DNA of 64,000 nucleotides, from the NCBI GenBank assembly GCA_965223855.1, contig CBDCXM010000009.1, positions 2,272,001 to 2,336,000 of the forward strand, read 5' to 3'. The DNA is from Candidatus Multivoradales bacterium. Lineage in GTDB: Bacteria > Acidobacteriota > Thermoanaerobaculia > Multivoradales > JAHEKO01. The notes beneath the pieces were generated by a model that ran no database searches, was not told the origin of the DNA, and saw only the letters and a list, made by a program, of their open reading frames with translations. Below, piece by piece: positions 19,319 to 27,746 of the stretch. Numbering within the stretch: position 1 is the stretch's first letter; each line of letters starts with the position of its first letter. A program made the translations under genes and the position numbers.

Positions 19319-21166
19319 TCAGGCGTCTCGCGAGCGCTCGAGCAGTGCCTGCGCACGGTCGCGGCCGCCGAGCCCGAAGGCGAGACCGACCGCGAGGGCG
19401 GCACCGCCGACGACGGCGGCGACGACCATCTGCACGACGCCTTCACCGACGCCGAGCTGGCTCAGGCCCATGCTGGCGCCGAGGAAGATGATCGCGTAGC
19501 GGGCGATGTTCGACAGCAGCGCCTGGTGCTCGGAGCCGCCGAGAGCGCTGGAGACGAGATTGCCGACATAGTTGCCGATCGACAGCGCCGCGAGGATCAC
19601 GACGAGGCCGACGGCGAGGTTCGGCAGGTAGCGGATGAGGTCGCCGACCAGCAGCGACAGGCGATCGAGGTTGAGCGTCGCCAGTGCCTGTTCGGCGGTC
19701 AGAAGCAGGATGAGCGCCATCACGACGGTGCCGCCGATGGCCGACAGCGAGGCGCCGCCGTCCTTCGGCTGCAGGAAGTGCAGGCCGAACTTCGACGGCA
19801 GAGCGTCGAAGCCGACGCCGCTGAGGAACGAAGTGACGATTCCTCGAACGGTGTTGGCGATGTAGTAGCCGATGGCCACCACGATCAGACCGCCGAAGAT
19901 CAGCGGCACGGCCGACAACAGCTGCTCGAGGGTGTTGCGCACCGGGGTCGAGATCGCCTCGATCTTGAGTGCGTCGACGGCGGCGACGATCACCGGCACG
20001 AGAATGAAGAAGTAGGCCACCGTCCCTGCGATCTCGGAGACCGGCTTGACCCCTTCCGAGCGGCCGAAACCGACACGGGCAGCCATTCGATCGGCGCCGA
20101 CCGCCGCCAGGAAGTTGGTCGCGATCTCTCGAACCACGGTGGCGACGATCATGCCGATGCCGACGAGCACGATCGCGGCGACGATGTTCGGGATGTAGCC
20201 GAGCGCCGTCGTCAGCATTCCGGTGAGCGGAGCGACCAGCGACTGCTGGCCGAGCGCCTCGAGGAACGGGGGCAGGGCGAAGAGCAGGACGGCGTAGAAC
20301 ACCAGCCGGCCGATCATGCTGCTCGCCATCACCGTCTCGCCCTTGACCTCGCGCGGCGGGAAGTACTTCTCGGTGCGCTGGTCGAAGCCGACGGCGTGGA
20401 GGCCGCGGGTGGTCAGCATCTTCAGGATCGACGCGACGATCCACGCCACGAGCAGGATGACGAACGCCTTGAGCAGCGCCGGGATGAGCCCGAGGATCGT
20501 GGAGACGACCCCCTGGAGCGGACCCGCCACCATCTGCAGCTCCAGGGCGTCGAAGAAGGCGACGAAGCCGAGCAGCAGGATCACCCACTTGACGACCGCT
20601 CCGCCGAGCTCGTCGACGGTGGTCTTCTCGCCCTTCTCGTTCTCGAGGAACCTGCCGAGACCCCAGTCACGGGCGGCACGCTCGTCGACGGTGGTGAGGC
20701 TCAGAAGCTTCGTGGTTCCGGCACCCAGAGCGAGCGCCAGGATCCAGGCGACGGCGAGGATCAGCAGCGCCTTGAGCAGCACCGGCAGGGCGGCGGCGAA
20801 GCGCTCCCACATCGGCACCAGTGCCTCGGACCACAGTGCCTTGCCCTGGTCGCGAACGCCGGCCGTACCGGCCTGCGCGGCCTCGGCCATCTCACCGGCG
20901 GCGCTGCCGACCGCGCCGGTGATCGTGGTCGGCGGATTGCCGGCGGCGGGCTCGGCAGTCTGCGCCGGAGTCGGCTCCGCCGCTGCGGGTTCCGTGGCGG
21001 CCGGCTCCTGAAGCGCCGGCTCCTGAAGCGCCGGGTCCTGAGGCGCGGGTTCCTGCGCGGCCGGTTCCGTCGCGGCGGGCTCCTGAGCGAGCACCGGCGC
21101 GGCGACTCCGGCGAGGGCGACGACGAGCGCGAAGCCGAGAATCTGCAGTCGAGTTCTCTCGAGCAT
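19319..21166 (-). CDS. CmpX-like mechanosensitive-channel-associated membrane protein with multiple conserved TM-helix repeats
   Basis: Repeated (Y)LP-N/A-I..A..I units and C-terminal GLAFGLGGRD; signal peptide plus acidic Pro-rich linker; start at ATG 21166. Confidence 0.82.
   Translation of the reverse strand: MLERTRLQILGFALVVALAGVAAPVLAQEPAATEPAAQEPAPQDPALQEPALQEPAATEPAAAEPTPAQTAEPAAGNPPTTITGAVGSAAGEMAEAAQAGTAGVRDQGKALWSEALVPMWERFAAALPVLLKALLILAVAWILALALGAGTTKLLSLTTVDERAARDWGLGRFLENEKGEKTTVDELGGAVVKWVILLLGFVAFFDALELQMVAGPLQGVVSTILGLIPALLKAFVILLVAWIVASILKMLTTRGLHAVGFDQRTEKYFPPREVKGETVMASSMIGRLVFYAVLLFALPPFLEALGQQSLVAPLTGMLTTALGYIPNIVAAIVLVGIGMIVATVVREIATNFLAAVGADRMAARVGFGRSEGVKPVSEIAGTVAYFFILVPVIVAAVDALKIEAISTPVRNTLEQLLSAVPLIFGGLIVVAIGYYIANTVRGIVTSFLSGVGFDALPSKFGLHFLQPKDGGASLSAIGGTVVMALILLLTAEQALATLNLDRLSLLVGDLIRYLPNLAVGLVVILAALSIGNYVGNLVSSALGGSEHQALLSNIARYAIIFLGASMGLSQLGVGEGVVQMVVAAVVGGAALAVGLAFGLGGRDRAQALLERSRDA
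20966..21085 (-). repeat. 15-bp coding tandem repeat, 8 units (QEPAA-like pentapeptide)
   Basis: QEPAA TEPAA QEPAP QDPAL QEPAL QEPAA TEPAA AEPTP. Confidence 0.85.
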
Positions 21167-21238
21167 GGTCCTACTCTCCTTCCCAGATGGCCTTAGGCCG
21201 AGTGATACCTGCAAGGATACCGCTCGCCTGATGTTTCT

Positions 21239-21264
21239 GACCGTTCCGTCCCCGGATAGTCACA
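21239..21264 (-). promoter_or_regulatory. Putative ECF sigma promoter for the CmpX-like/DUF937/Kbp arm
   Basis: Minus strand reads TGTGACT-N14-CGGTC, identical to the motif upstream of mscL. Confidence 0.7.
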
Positions 21265-21348
21265 CCTCCGCCGCCTCAGTGGCCTCGCGGCCGCGTCCGG
21301 TAGGATCGTCAGGCTGCAATCCATTGTCAGAGGGAACCGGGGTCGGCA

Positions 21349-21374
21349 TGTGACTTCGTCACCGCTCGCCGGTC
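21349..21374 (+). promoter_or_regulatory. Putative ECF sigma promoter for the mscL arm
   Basis: TGTGACT (21349-21355), 14-bp spacer, CGGTC (21370-21374). Confidence 0.7.
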
Positions 21375-21447
21375 CAGAGAAGCTCAGGTCGGTCATCCGG
21401 GCGCCGGTCGAATCCGCGTCCATCTTTGAAAAGGGGAGGAACCACGT

Positions 21448-21870
21448 ATGTTGAAGGAATTCAAGGACTTCGCCGTCAAGGGCAACGTGCTCGACATGGC
21501 GGTCGGTATCGTCATCGGCGGTGCTTTCACGCCGATCGTGAAGTCGCTCGTCGACGACCTGCTGATGCCGATCATCGGCCTCTTCACCGGCGGCGTCGAC
21601 TTCACCGACAAGTTCATCGTGCTGAAGGCCGGTGCCGAGGGAGCCGCCTACTCGACGCTCGCCGCGGCGAAGGAAGCGGGAGCGGTGACGCTCAACTACG
21701 GCGCCTTCATCAACACGATCTTCACCTTCCTGATCGTCGCTTTCGCGATCTTCATGATGGTCAAGACGTTCAATCGCTGGAAGGAAGAAGAAGCCGAAGC
21801 GCCGGCCGCTCCCCCGCAGGACATCGTGCTGCTGGAGGAGATCCGCGACGCACTGAAGTCCAACGGCTGA
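21448..21870 (+). CDS. mscL: Large-conductance mechanosensitive channel
   Basis: [29 protein letters not shown] and LLEEIRDAL motifs. Confidence 0.97.
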   Translation: MLKEFKDFAVKGNVLDMAVGIVIGGAFTPIVKSLVDDLLMPIIGLFTGGVDFTDKFIVLKAGAEGAAYSTLAAAKEAGAVTLNYGAFINTIFTFLIVAFAIFMMVKTFNRWKEEEAEAPAAPPQDIVLLEEIRDALKSNG

Positions 21871-21873
21871 ACC

Positions 21874-21914
21874 CGGGCGCGGCCCGGCCTCACGGTCGGG
21901 CCGCCTCCCGTTTT
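21874..21914 (+). terminator. Terminator-like hairpin after mscL
   Basis: GCGGCCCGGCC-TCAC-GGTCGGGCCGC followed by CTCCCGTTTT. Confidence 0.5.
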
Positions 21915-21933
21915 CGTCAGGAGTGCGCTTTTC

Positions 21934-22368
21934 TTGAATCGCAGTCGGCAGCAGTTGCTGAGACTCGTCGCCGTCGGCCTGGTGGCCGCCGGCGCCTGGC
22001 TCTACCAGCAGTACGGGGCCGGTACGTCCGTCGGCGTCTCGGGCGAACTCGCCGAGGTGATCCGAACGCGCGCTTCGGGCGCGATGGTCGAGGTCGAAGG
22101 GGTGGTTTCCAGGACGCTTTCGGACGACCTCCACGGCGATCGCCATCAGCGGTTCATCCTCGATGCCGGTAGCGGCAACACCCTGCTCGTGGCTCACAAC
22201 ATCGACCTCGCACCGAGAGTGCCGATCGATCTTGGCGACGAGGTGACGGTGCGCGGCCAGTACGAGTGGAACGACAAGGGTGGCGTGCTGCACTGGACCC
22301 ATCACGATCCGGACGGGTCGCGCCGCGACACCGGCTGGATCCGTCACCAGGGGCGTACCTACGAATGA
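21934..22368 (+). CDS. DUF3465 family protein (membrane-anchored)
   Basis: GDRHQRFIL, LLVAHNIDLAPR, GQYEWNDKGGVLHWTHHDP motifs. Confidence 0.85.
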   Translation: MNRSRQQLLRLVAVGLVAAGAWLYQQYGAGTSVGVSGELAEVIRTRASGAMVEVEGVVSRTLSDDLHGDRHQRFILDAGSGNTLLVAHNIDLAPRVPIDLGDEVTVRGQYEWNDKGGVLHWTHHDPDGSRRDTGWIRHQGRTYE

Positions 22369-22996
22369 CCCTCCAGGAGCTCGAGGACCGGGAGCTGGTC
22401 GAGAAGGTGCGCCGGGGGCCGGGCGACACCCGACCGTTCGAGGTGCTGGTCGAGCGCTACCAGTCGAAGATCCTCGCCAACTGCCGCTATCTGACCCGTT
22501 CGCCGAACGACGCCGAGGACCTCGCGCAGGAGGTCTTCGTCAAGGCGTTCTTCGGGCTCAAGCGCTTCGAAGGGCGCTCCAAGTTCTCGACCTGGCTGCA
22601 GCGCATCAAGATCAACCACTGCCTGAACTTCAACCAGAAGCGGCACGGCAAGCACATGGTCGACATCGAGGAGCCGGGCATGGAGGTCGCGGCCGGTCTC
22701 TTCGACGAGGCGCGCGGCGAGAAGGACCTCGAGAGCTTCGACGAACGGCGCCGCATCGCGCGAGTGCTCGACGCCATGTCGTCCACCCTGAGGGTCCCGC
22801 TCCTGCTGCGCGACCTGGACGGCATGACCTACCAGGAGATCGCCGAGCAGCTCGACATCGGGCTGTCGGCCGTCAAGATGAGAATCAAGAGAGCCCGTGA
22901 GGAGTTCCGTCAGCGCTACGACGAGGTCGTGGCCGGCGAGGTTGCGGCGGCCACCTGCTCGAATCAGGCCGGAGCGCGGCGTCGGAGATCGCATGA
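22365..22996 (+). CDS. ECF-family RNA polymerase sigma factor (net 1-bp deletion near the 3' end causes read-through in the ORF track)
   Basis: DAEDLAQEVF, FSTWLQRI and YQEIAEQLDIGLSAVKMRIKRAR motifs; ATGA overlaps at both ends. Confidence 0.85.
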
Positions 22997-23290
22997 GCGA
23001 CGAGCGCTTCGACGGCCTCGAGGAGGACGACATCGACACCGGCCAGCCGATCGCCCAGCTGGCGTCGCTGCGCGAGGAGCCGCAGATCGGGTTCTTCGGA
23101 CGGATCCGGCGCTCGATTCGAGCGGCGCCAGCTCGGCTCCGACATGGCCGAGCTGTCGGTGTCCGGCCTCGCGGCGGTGTTTCTCGAGCTGCTGCGTGCG
23201 ATGTTCGGGCTGGCCGAGGAAGCCTCGGCGAGGCCTCGAGGGACCAACCACGAGTCGGAGCAAGGACCGGGTAAAGGAGACGCAACATGA
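22993..23290 (+). CDS. Small (about 98 aa) putative anti-sigma/partner protein, split by one extra base near 23117
   Basis: Removing one base gives MSDERFDG...GFFGRIRRSIERRQLGSDMAELSVSGLAAVFLELLRAMFGL...GDAT*, ending in an ATGA overlap with the next gene. Confidence 0.6.
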
Positions 23291-24119
23291 ACGAAACTCT
23301 GGCCGTCAAGGACCAGCTCGTCCTCACGTTTCGCAATCTGATCACCGAGATCGTCGCGGCGACTCCGAGGGTGCTCGTCTGGCGATCGCGCTCTTTCGTC
23401 GTTGCCATCCTGTCGTGGCGAAGGGGATTCGAGAAGCTCCTCAAGATGCCGTGCTGACGAGGATCCGGTTCGACAGCCTGCTGTCCCGAAGGTCGGTGTC
23501 GATCAGGCGCTGCAGCGGATCGGGCTGCGCCAGCTGATGAGCGACTTCATCCCGCGGACCGCCTACTTCCTGCTGCTGTTCCTGTTTGCGCGGGCTGCGG
23601 CCGACGCGCTCGGTCTGACGGCCGTCTCCAGCGCCATCGGCACCTTCCTCGGCTACGTGCCCAACCTGATCGCCGGCATCGTCATCGTGCTGCTCGGCAG
23701 CACGGCCGGGCAGGTGGCCGGGCTCGGCGGTCTCGACGGCAGCGGAAAACTCGGGCATCGAGTTCGGCTCCACCCTCGGCAAACTCGTCTCGGCGCTGAT
23801 CCTGTTCGTGGCGGGCATCATGGCGCTCGGGCAGCTCCAGGTCGACACCGACATCATCCGGGTTGTCACGACCTGCTTCCTCGCCGGCCTGGCGCTCGCC
23901 TTCGCGCTTTCCTTCGGCCTGGGGACGCGCGAGATTGCCCGCAACGTCATTGCCGGCTTCTATGCCCGCAAGGTGTTCGAGGTCGGCAAGGAGATGGAGA
24001 TCGGCGACGAGCGTGGCAAGCTGGCGGCGATCACGCCGACCCAGATCCTCCTCGAGCAGGACGGTCGGACCGTGGCGATCTCGAACAGCGTACTGGTCGA
24101 TCAGGTGATCAAGCAGTAG
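23287..24119 (+). pseudogene. Small MscS/CmpX-like mechanosensitive channel protein, frameshifted (possibly sequencing errors)
   Basis: AAGGAG RBS and ATG 23287; TPRVLV, FLGYVPNLIAG, SFGLGTREIARNVIAGFY and the beta domain FEVGKEMEIGDERG...ISNS lie in different frames. Confidence 0.72.
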
Positions 24120-24126
24120 CCGGCCG

Positions 24127-25563
24127 TCAACGTCCGGCGGGCTGGTGCTCGGGCCGCAGCAGGTCGAAGACGGTCTTGACCGGCGCGAACGTCGCCGCCG
24201 GGACCTCGACGAACAGCGTGTTCCACCGGGCCATCGCGCCGTTCCACAGCCCGGGCCGCTCCAGCCCCAGCAGCGCCCTGCCTTCGTGACTCTTGCGGCT
24301 GACGAAGGCGGTCGTGGGGTCGACGAACGCTTCGAGGTCGAAGGCGGTGCCGTCCGGGCGCCGCAACACGCAGACGAGATCGACCGGGTTGAAGTGCGTG
24401 GAGCCCGCGACGATCGCCGCCTGATCGGAATCGCCATGGTCGATCTGCGACGACTCGACGATCTGCCGCGATTCGCTGCCGTCGGCGTGCCGCACCCAGA
24501 ACGGGCCGCCGCCGGGCTCGCCCTCGTTGCGGACCATGCCGCACAGCCTCAGCGGCCGTGACAGCCGGTCGTGCACCCACCTCTCCAGATCGCCGGTTCG
24601 CGGAGCGTCGAGATCGAGCGCCGCGGCGACGCGCGGTACCGCTTCGGACATCGGAAGCGTCGCGGCGGTCGTCAGCTCCCGCGAGCGAAGAACCGCTTCG
24701 CCGATCAGATGGCGCTTCCACGAGACGACTTCCGCCTGGCGCCACTCCGGCTGGATGTTGTCGATGTTCTTGATCGTGACGAGGTCGCCGTCGAGGCGCT
24801 GGAGGTTGTCGAGCAACGCTCCATGACCGGAGGGCCGGAGCAGGAGCTCGCCTGCAGAGGTGCGGAACGGCCGGCCTTGCAGATCGATCGCCAGGGTGTC
24901 GGTCGCCGGACGTTGGGTGGAGAAGTCGACCTCGAGGCTCCCGGCGAGATCGCTCGAGCGCTCGAGCGCACCGCGAAACGCCCCCATGTGCTCGGGAGAG
25001 ACGGTGAAATGTGCGCGCCCGGCGGTACCGGCGAGACCACCCGCTTCCACGAGGTGCTCCTCGAAGGCGGTGCGGCTGCCGTCGGGGTAGGTGTGGAAGC
25101 TCAACAGGCCCTTCGGCAGGGCGGCGTAGCCCAGGCCCGCCGGATCGAGCAGAGCCCCGGCCCAGTCGGCGGCGCGGTCGGTGTCGCGGCCGGTCCGGCG
25201 AATCGCCGCTTCGAGACGTTCGCCGAAAGAGAACGAGCGCCGCTCGGCGAAGAGCCGGCGTACGGCCTCCGGCTCACCTTCCATGAGCTCCCGGAACATC
25301 CGCGTCGCGGCGCCGGAGGCGGGCACGAACTTGGTGATTCGCCGCGCTTCGGAAGCCTCTCGCCACGCTTCGAGCCGGCGGCCGCCGTCCGCGTCGTCGA
25401 GCTGATGGATGCCGTCGCCGACGGTGCAGGCGCGCGCCAGTCTCAGCGGGCGGGGCGGTTCTCGCAGCAGCTCGAGCTGGCGTTGAGCCTCCTCGGGAGC
25501 GATGCCGCGCCTCTCGAGCTGGTCGAGGTCCTCGGGGCGGAGGGAGGCGGGGGAGGAAGGCAC
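24127..25563 (-). CDS. DUF4301 family protein (nucleotide-diphospho-sugar transferase-like fold)
   Basis: KFVPASGAATRMF, RPSGHGALL, IKNIDN, NEGEPGGGPFW, THFNPVD and PGLWNGAMA motifs. Confidence 0.88.
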   Translation of the reverse strand: MPSSPASLRPEDLDQLERRGIAPEEAQRQLELLREPPRPLRLARACTVGDGIHQLDDADGGRRLEAWREASEARRITKFVPASGAATRMFRELMEGEPEAVRRLFAERRSFSFGERLEAAIRRTGRDTDRAADWAGALLDPAGLGYAALPKGLLSFHTYPDGSRTAFEEHLVEAGGLAGTAGRAHFTVSPEHMGAFRGALERSSDLAGSLEVDFSTQRPATDTLAIDLQGRPFRTSAGELLLRPSGHGALLDNLQRLDGDLVTIKNIDNIQPEWRQAEVVSWKRHLIGEAVLRSRELTTAATLPMSEAVPRVAAALDLDAPRTGDLERWVHDRLSRPLRLCGMVRNEGEPGGGPFWVRHADGSESRQIVESSQIDHGDSDQAAIVAGSTHFNPVDLVCVLRRPDGTAFDLEAFVDPTTAFVSRKSHEGRALLGLERPGLWNGAMARWNTLFVEVPAATFAPVKTVFDLLRPEHQPAGR

Positions 25564-25697
25564 GAGGTTCGGGAGCGGCGGCTGTCGGACGCACCGGACG
25601 GCTGTCGATGCCCGGCCCCGCGACGAGCGCGAGTATACCGGCGTACAATCCTGCCCGTTCCGACTACCGACCCACCGTCCGATCCCACCACCGACCG

Positions 25698-26531
25698 ATG
25701 TCGATCTTCCAGGCGATGATCCTCGGCCTCGTCCAGGGGCTGCTCGAGTTCCTGCCGATCAGCTCGTCCGGCCATCTGATCCTCGCTTCCAGGGTGCTCG
25801 GATGGCCCGATCAGGGACTCGCGTTCGACATGGCGGCCCACGCCGGTTCGATGGTGGCGATCGTCGCCTACCTGCGGCGCGACGTCGTCGCGCTCGTCCG
25901 GGGGGCCCTCGACCTCGTCCGATGGCGGCACAGCGACGAGGCGCGACTGGCCCTTCAGTTGGCGGTCGCCTCGATTCCGGTGGTGGTCGCCGGTGCGTTG
26001 CTGATCGACTTCGTCGCCACCTCCGGCCGCAGCCTCGCGGTGCTGGGAGTGACGTCGATCCTCTTCGGTGCTCTGTTGTGGGCGGCCGACCTCTACGCTC
26101 GCCGCACGACTGCGGGTAGAAAGGACGTCGATGCTGAGACGGTGCGGGCTCCATGGTCGTGGCGATCGATGCTCGTCGCCGGAGCCGCTCAGGCGCTGGC
26201 GGTGATCCCCGGGACCTCCCGCTCCGGGGTGACGATGTCCGCAGCTCTCTTCGACGGCCTGTCGCGCACCCGCGCGGCGCGCCTCTCGTTCCTGCTGTCG
26301 CTGCCGGTCGGCCTGCTGGTGGCCGCCAAGGACGGCTGGGAGATCGTCGCCGACCCGTCGGCGGTCGGGGGCTGGGCCGCCCTCGGTGTCGGCTTCGTCG
26401 CGGCCGCGGTCTCCGCGTATCTCGCCATCGACTGGCTGCTGCGCTGGTTGAAGCGCCGCGGTTTCGGCGGCTTCGCGCTCTACCGCATCGCCCTCGGCGT
26501 CGTGCTCCTCATGTTCCACTGGAGGGGCTGA
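25698..26531 (+). CDS. uppP: Undecaprenyl-diphosphate phosphatase (BacA)
   Basis: QGLLEFLPISSSGHL and PGTSRSG motifs. Confidence 0.95.
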   Translation: MSIFQAMILGLVQGLLEFLPISSSGHLILASRVLGWPDQGLAFDMAAHAGSMVAIVAYLRRDVVALVRGALDLVRWRHSDEARLALQLAVASIPVVVAGALLIDFVATSGRSLAVLGVTSILFGALLWAADLYARRTTAGRKDVDAETVRAPWSWRSMLVAGAAQALAVIPGTSRSGVTMSAALFDGLSRTRAARLSFLLSLPVGLLVAAKDGWEIVADPSAVGGWAALGVGFVAAAVSAYLAIDWLLRWLKRRGFGGFALYRIALGVVLLMFHWRG

Positions 26532-26597
26532 CCACTTCACCGTGCCGTAGCTCCGAATCGTGCGCCACCTTCCACCCCAGCCGTCGGGTCCGCCGAC

Positions 26598-27185
26598 GTG
26601 ACCGCGACCCCCAGTGACGCGCAGGCGATCGCCGCCGCCCTCGAGGGGTCGGAGGAGGGGTATCGCCTCCTCGTCGAGCGCTATCAGAAGCCGGTTCTGA
26701 GCCTGATCCGGCGGATTGTGCGCGACGCCTCGTGGGCCGAGGATCTCGCTCAGGAGGCGTTCGTCAAGGCGTTCCGGGCGCTGGACACCTTCCAGCAGCA
26801 GCGCAAGTTCTCCAGCTGGCTCTTCAAGATCGCCCACAACACGGCGCTCGACGCGCTGCGCCGCAAGCGGATCGACACGGTGCCGCTGGAAACGTCGGAT
26901 CCGGACCGGGGCGATTTGCTAGATTTGCTGCCTGGCGACGACCTCGACACCCCCGAAAGCGCACTGCGCAGCCGCGGCCTGGCCGCGGCGATCCAGACGG
27001 CCATCGGACGGCTGCGGCCGGACTACCGGAGCGCCGTGGAGCTGAGGTTTCTGCAGGGCCTCGCCTACGAGGAGATCGCCGGGATCATGGACCTCCCGCT
27101 GGGGACGGTGAAGACCCACCTGCACCGGGCGCGCAAGGCGCTGATGGAGCATCTGAGCGAGTCGGGATGGACCCCCGAAGGATGA
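26598..27185 (+). CDS. ECF sigma factor (SigW/RpoE-like)
   Basis: AEDLAQEAF, FSSWLFKIAHN and YEEIAGIMDLPLGTVKTHLHRAR motifs. Confidence 0.92.
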   Translation: MTATPSDAQAIAAALEGSEEGYRLLVERYQKPVLSLIRRIVRDASWAEDLAQEAFVKAFRALDTFQQQRKFSSWLFKIAHNTALDALRRKRIDTVPLETSDPDRGDLLDLLPGDDLDTPESALRSRGLAAAIQTAIGRLRPDYRSAVELRFLQGLAYEEIAGIMDLPLGTVKTHLHRARKALMEHLSESGWTPEG

Positions 27186-27186
27186 G

Positions 27187-27213
27187 CGAAACTTCCCGCG
27201 ACGAGGTCGCGTA
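27187..27213 (+). promoter_or_regulatory. Putative SigW-type ECF promoter between the sigma and anti-sigma genes
   Basis: CGAAAC-N17-CGTA, close to the Bacillus SigW/SigM-type TGAAAC-N16/17-CGTA consensus. Confidence 0.55.
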
Positions 27214-27236
27214 GGGCCCAGAGAGCGGAAACCACC

Positions 27237-27746
27237 ATGCGAAACGACCGAAAACAGCTCGAATCCTGGTTCCAGGCGGAACGCAGCGGCGATACCGCGG
27301 CGGCGGAGCGCGCGCTGGGAGCCCTGCTTCAGGGGCTCCCCGAGGCGCGGGTACCCGCCGGCTTCGCCGGCGCCGTCGTCGAAGCGGCTGGCGTCGGTCG
27401 CGCCCGCTGGTGGGAACGTCATACCTGGCTGTGGCGGGCGGCCTTCGTCGCCTGGGCCCTGGCCGGTTTCCTGAGCTTCGCCTGGGTGTCGAGCCTCCTG
27501 GTGGGCGTCGTTCAATCAGGGCAGGCGGTCGGGCTCGGCTCGCGCCTGCTGGTGGTCGGCGGACGCATCGCCTCGGAGGCTCTCGCGGCCGCCGATGCGA
27601 TCGGGCGTGCCAGCCAGACCTTCACCGGGGCCCTCACCGGCCCTCAACTTCTGAGTTTTCTTTGGATCTGTGCGATCTCGATGGTGATCGCCGCGAGGGC
27701 GCTGAGTTCGATCATCGCCCCCGAGAGGAGTCTTCGTCATGGCTGA
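27237..27746 (+). CDS. Putative membrane anti-sigma factor
   Basis: Follows the ECF gene; LP...VPAGFAGAVV motif, then two TM segments. Confidence 0.6.
   Translation: MRNDRKQLESWFQAERSGDTAAAERALGALLQGLPEARVPAGFAGAVVEAAGVGRARWWERHTWLWRAAFVAWALAGFLSFAWVSSLLVGVVQSGQAVGLGSRLLVVGGRIASEALAAADAIGRASQTFTGALTGPQLLSFLWICAISMVIAARALSSIIAPERSLRHG

Noticed and set aside
22266-23537. 423-aa ECF sigma with a long C-terminal extension
   Set aside because: The extension is out-of-frame read-through across two downstream genes caused by an indel; ATGA coupling at 22993-22996 marks the real end.
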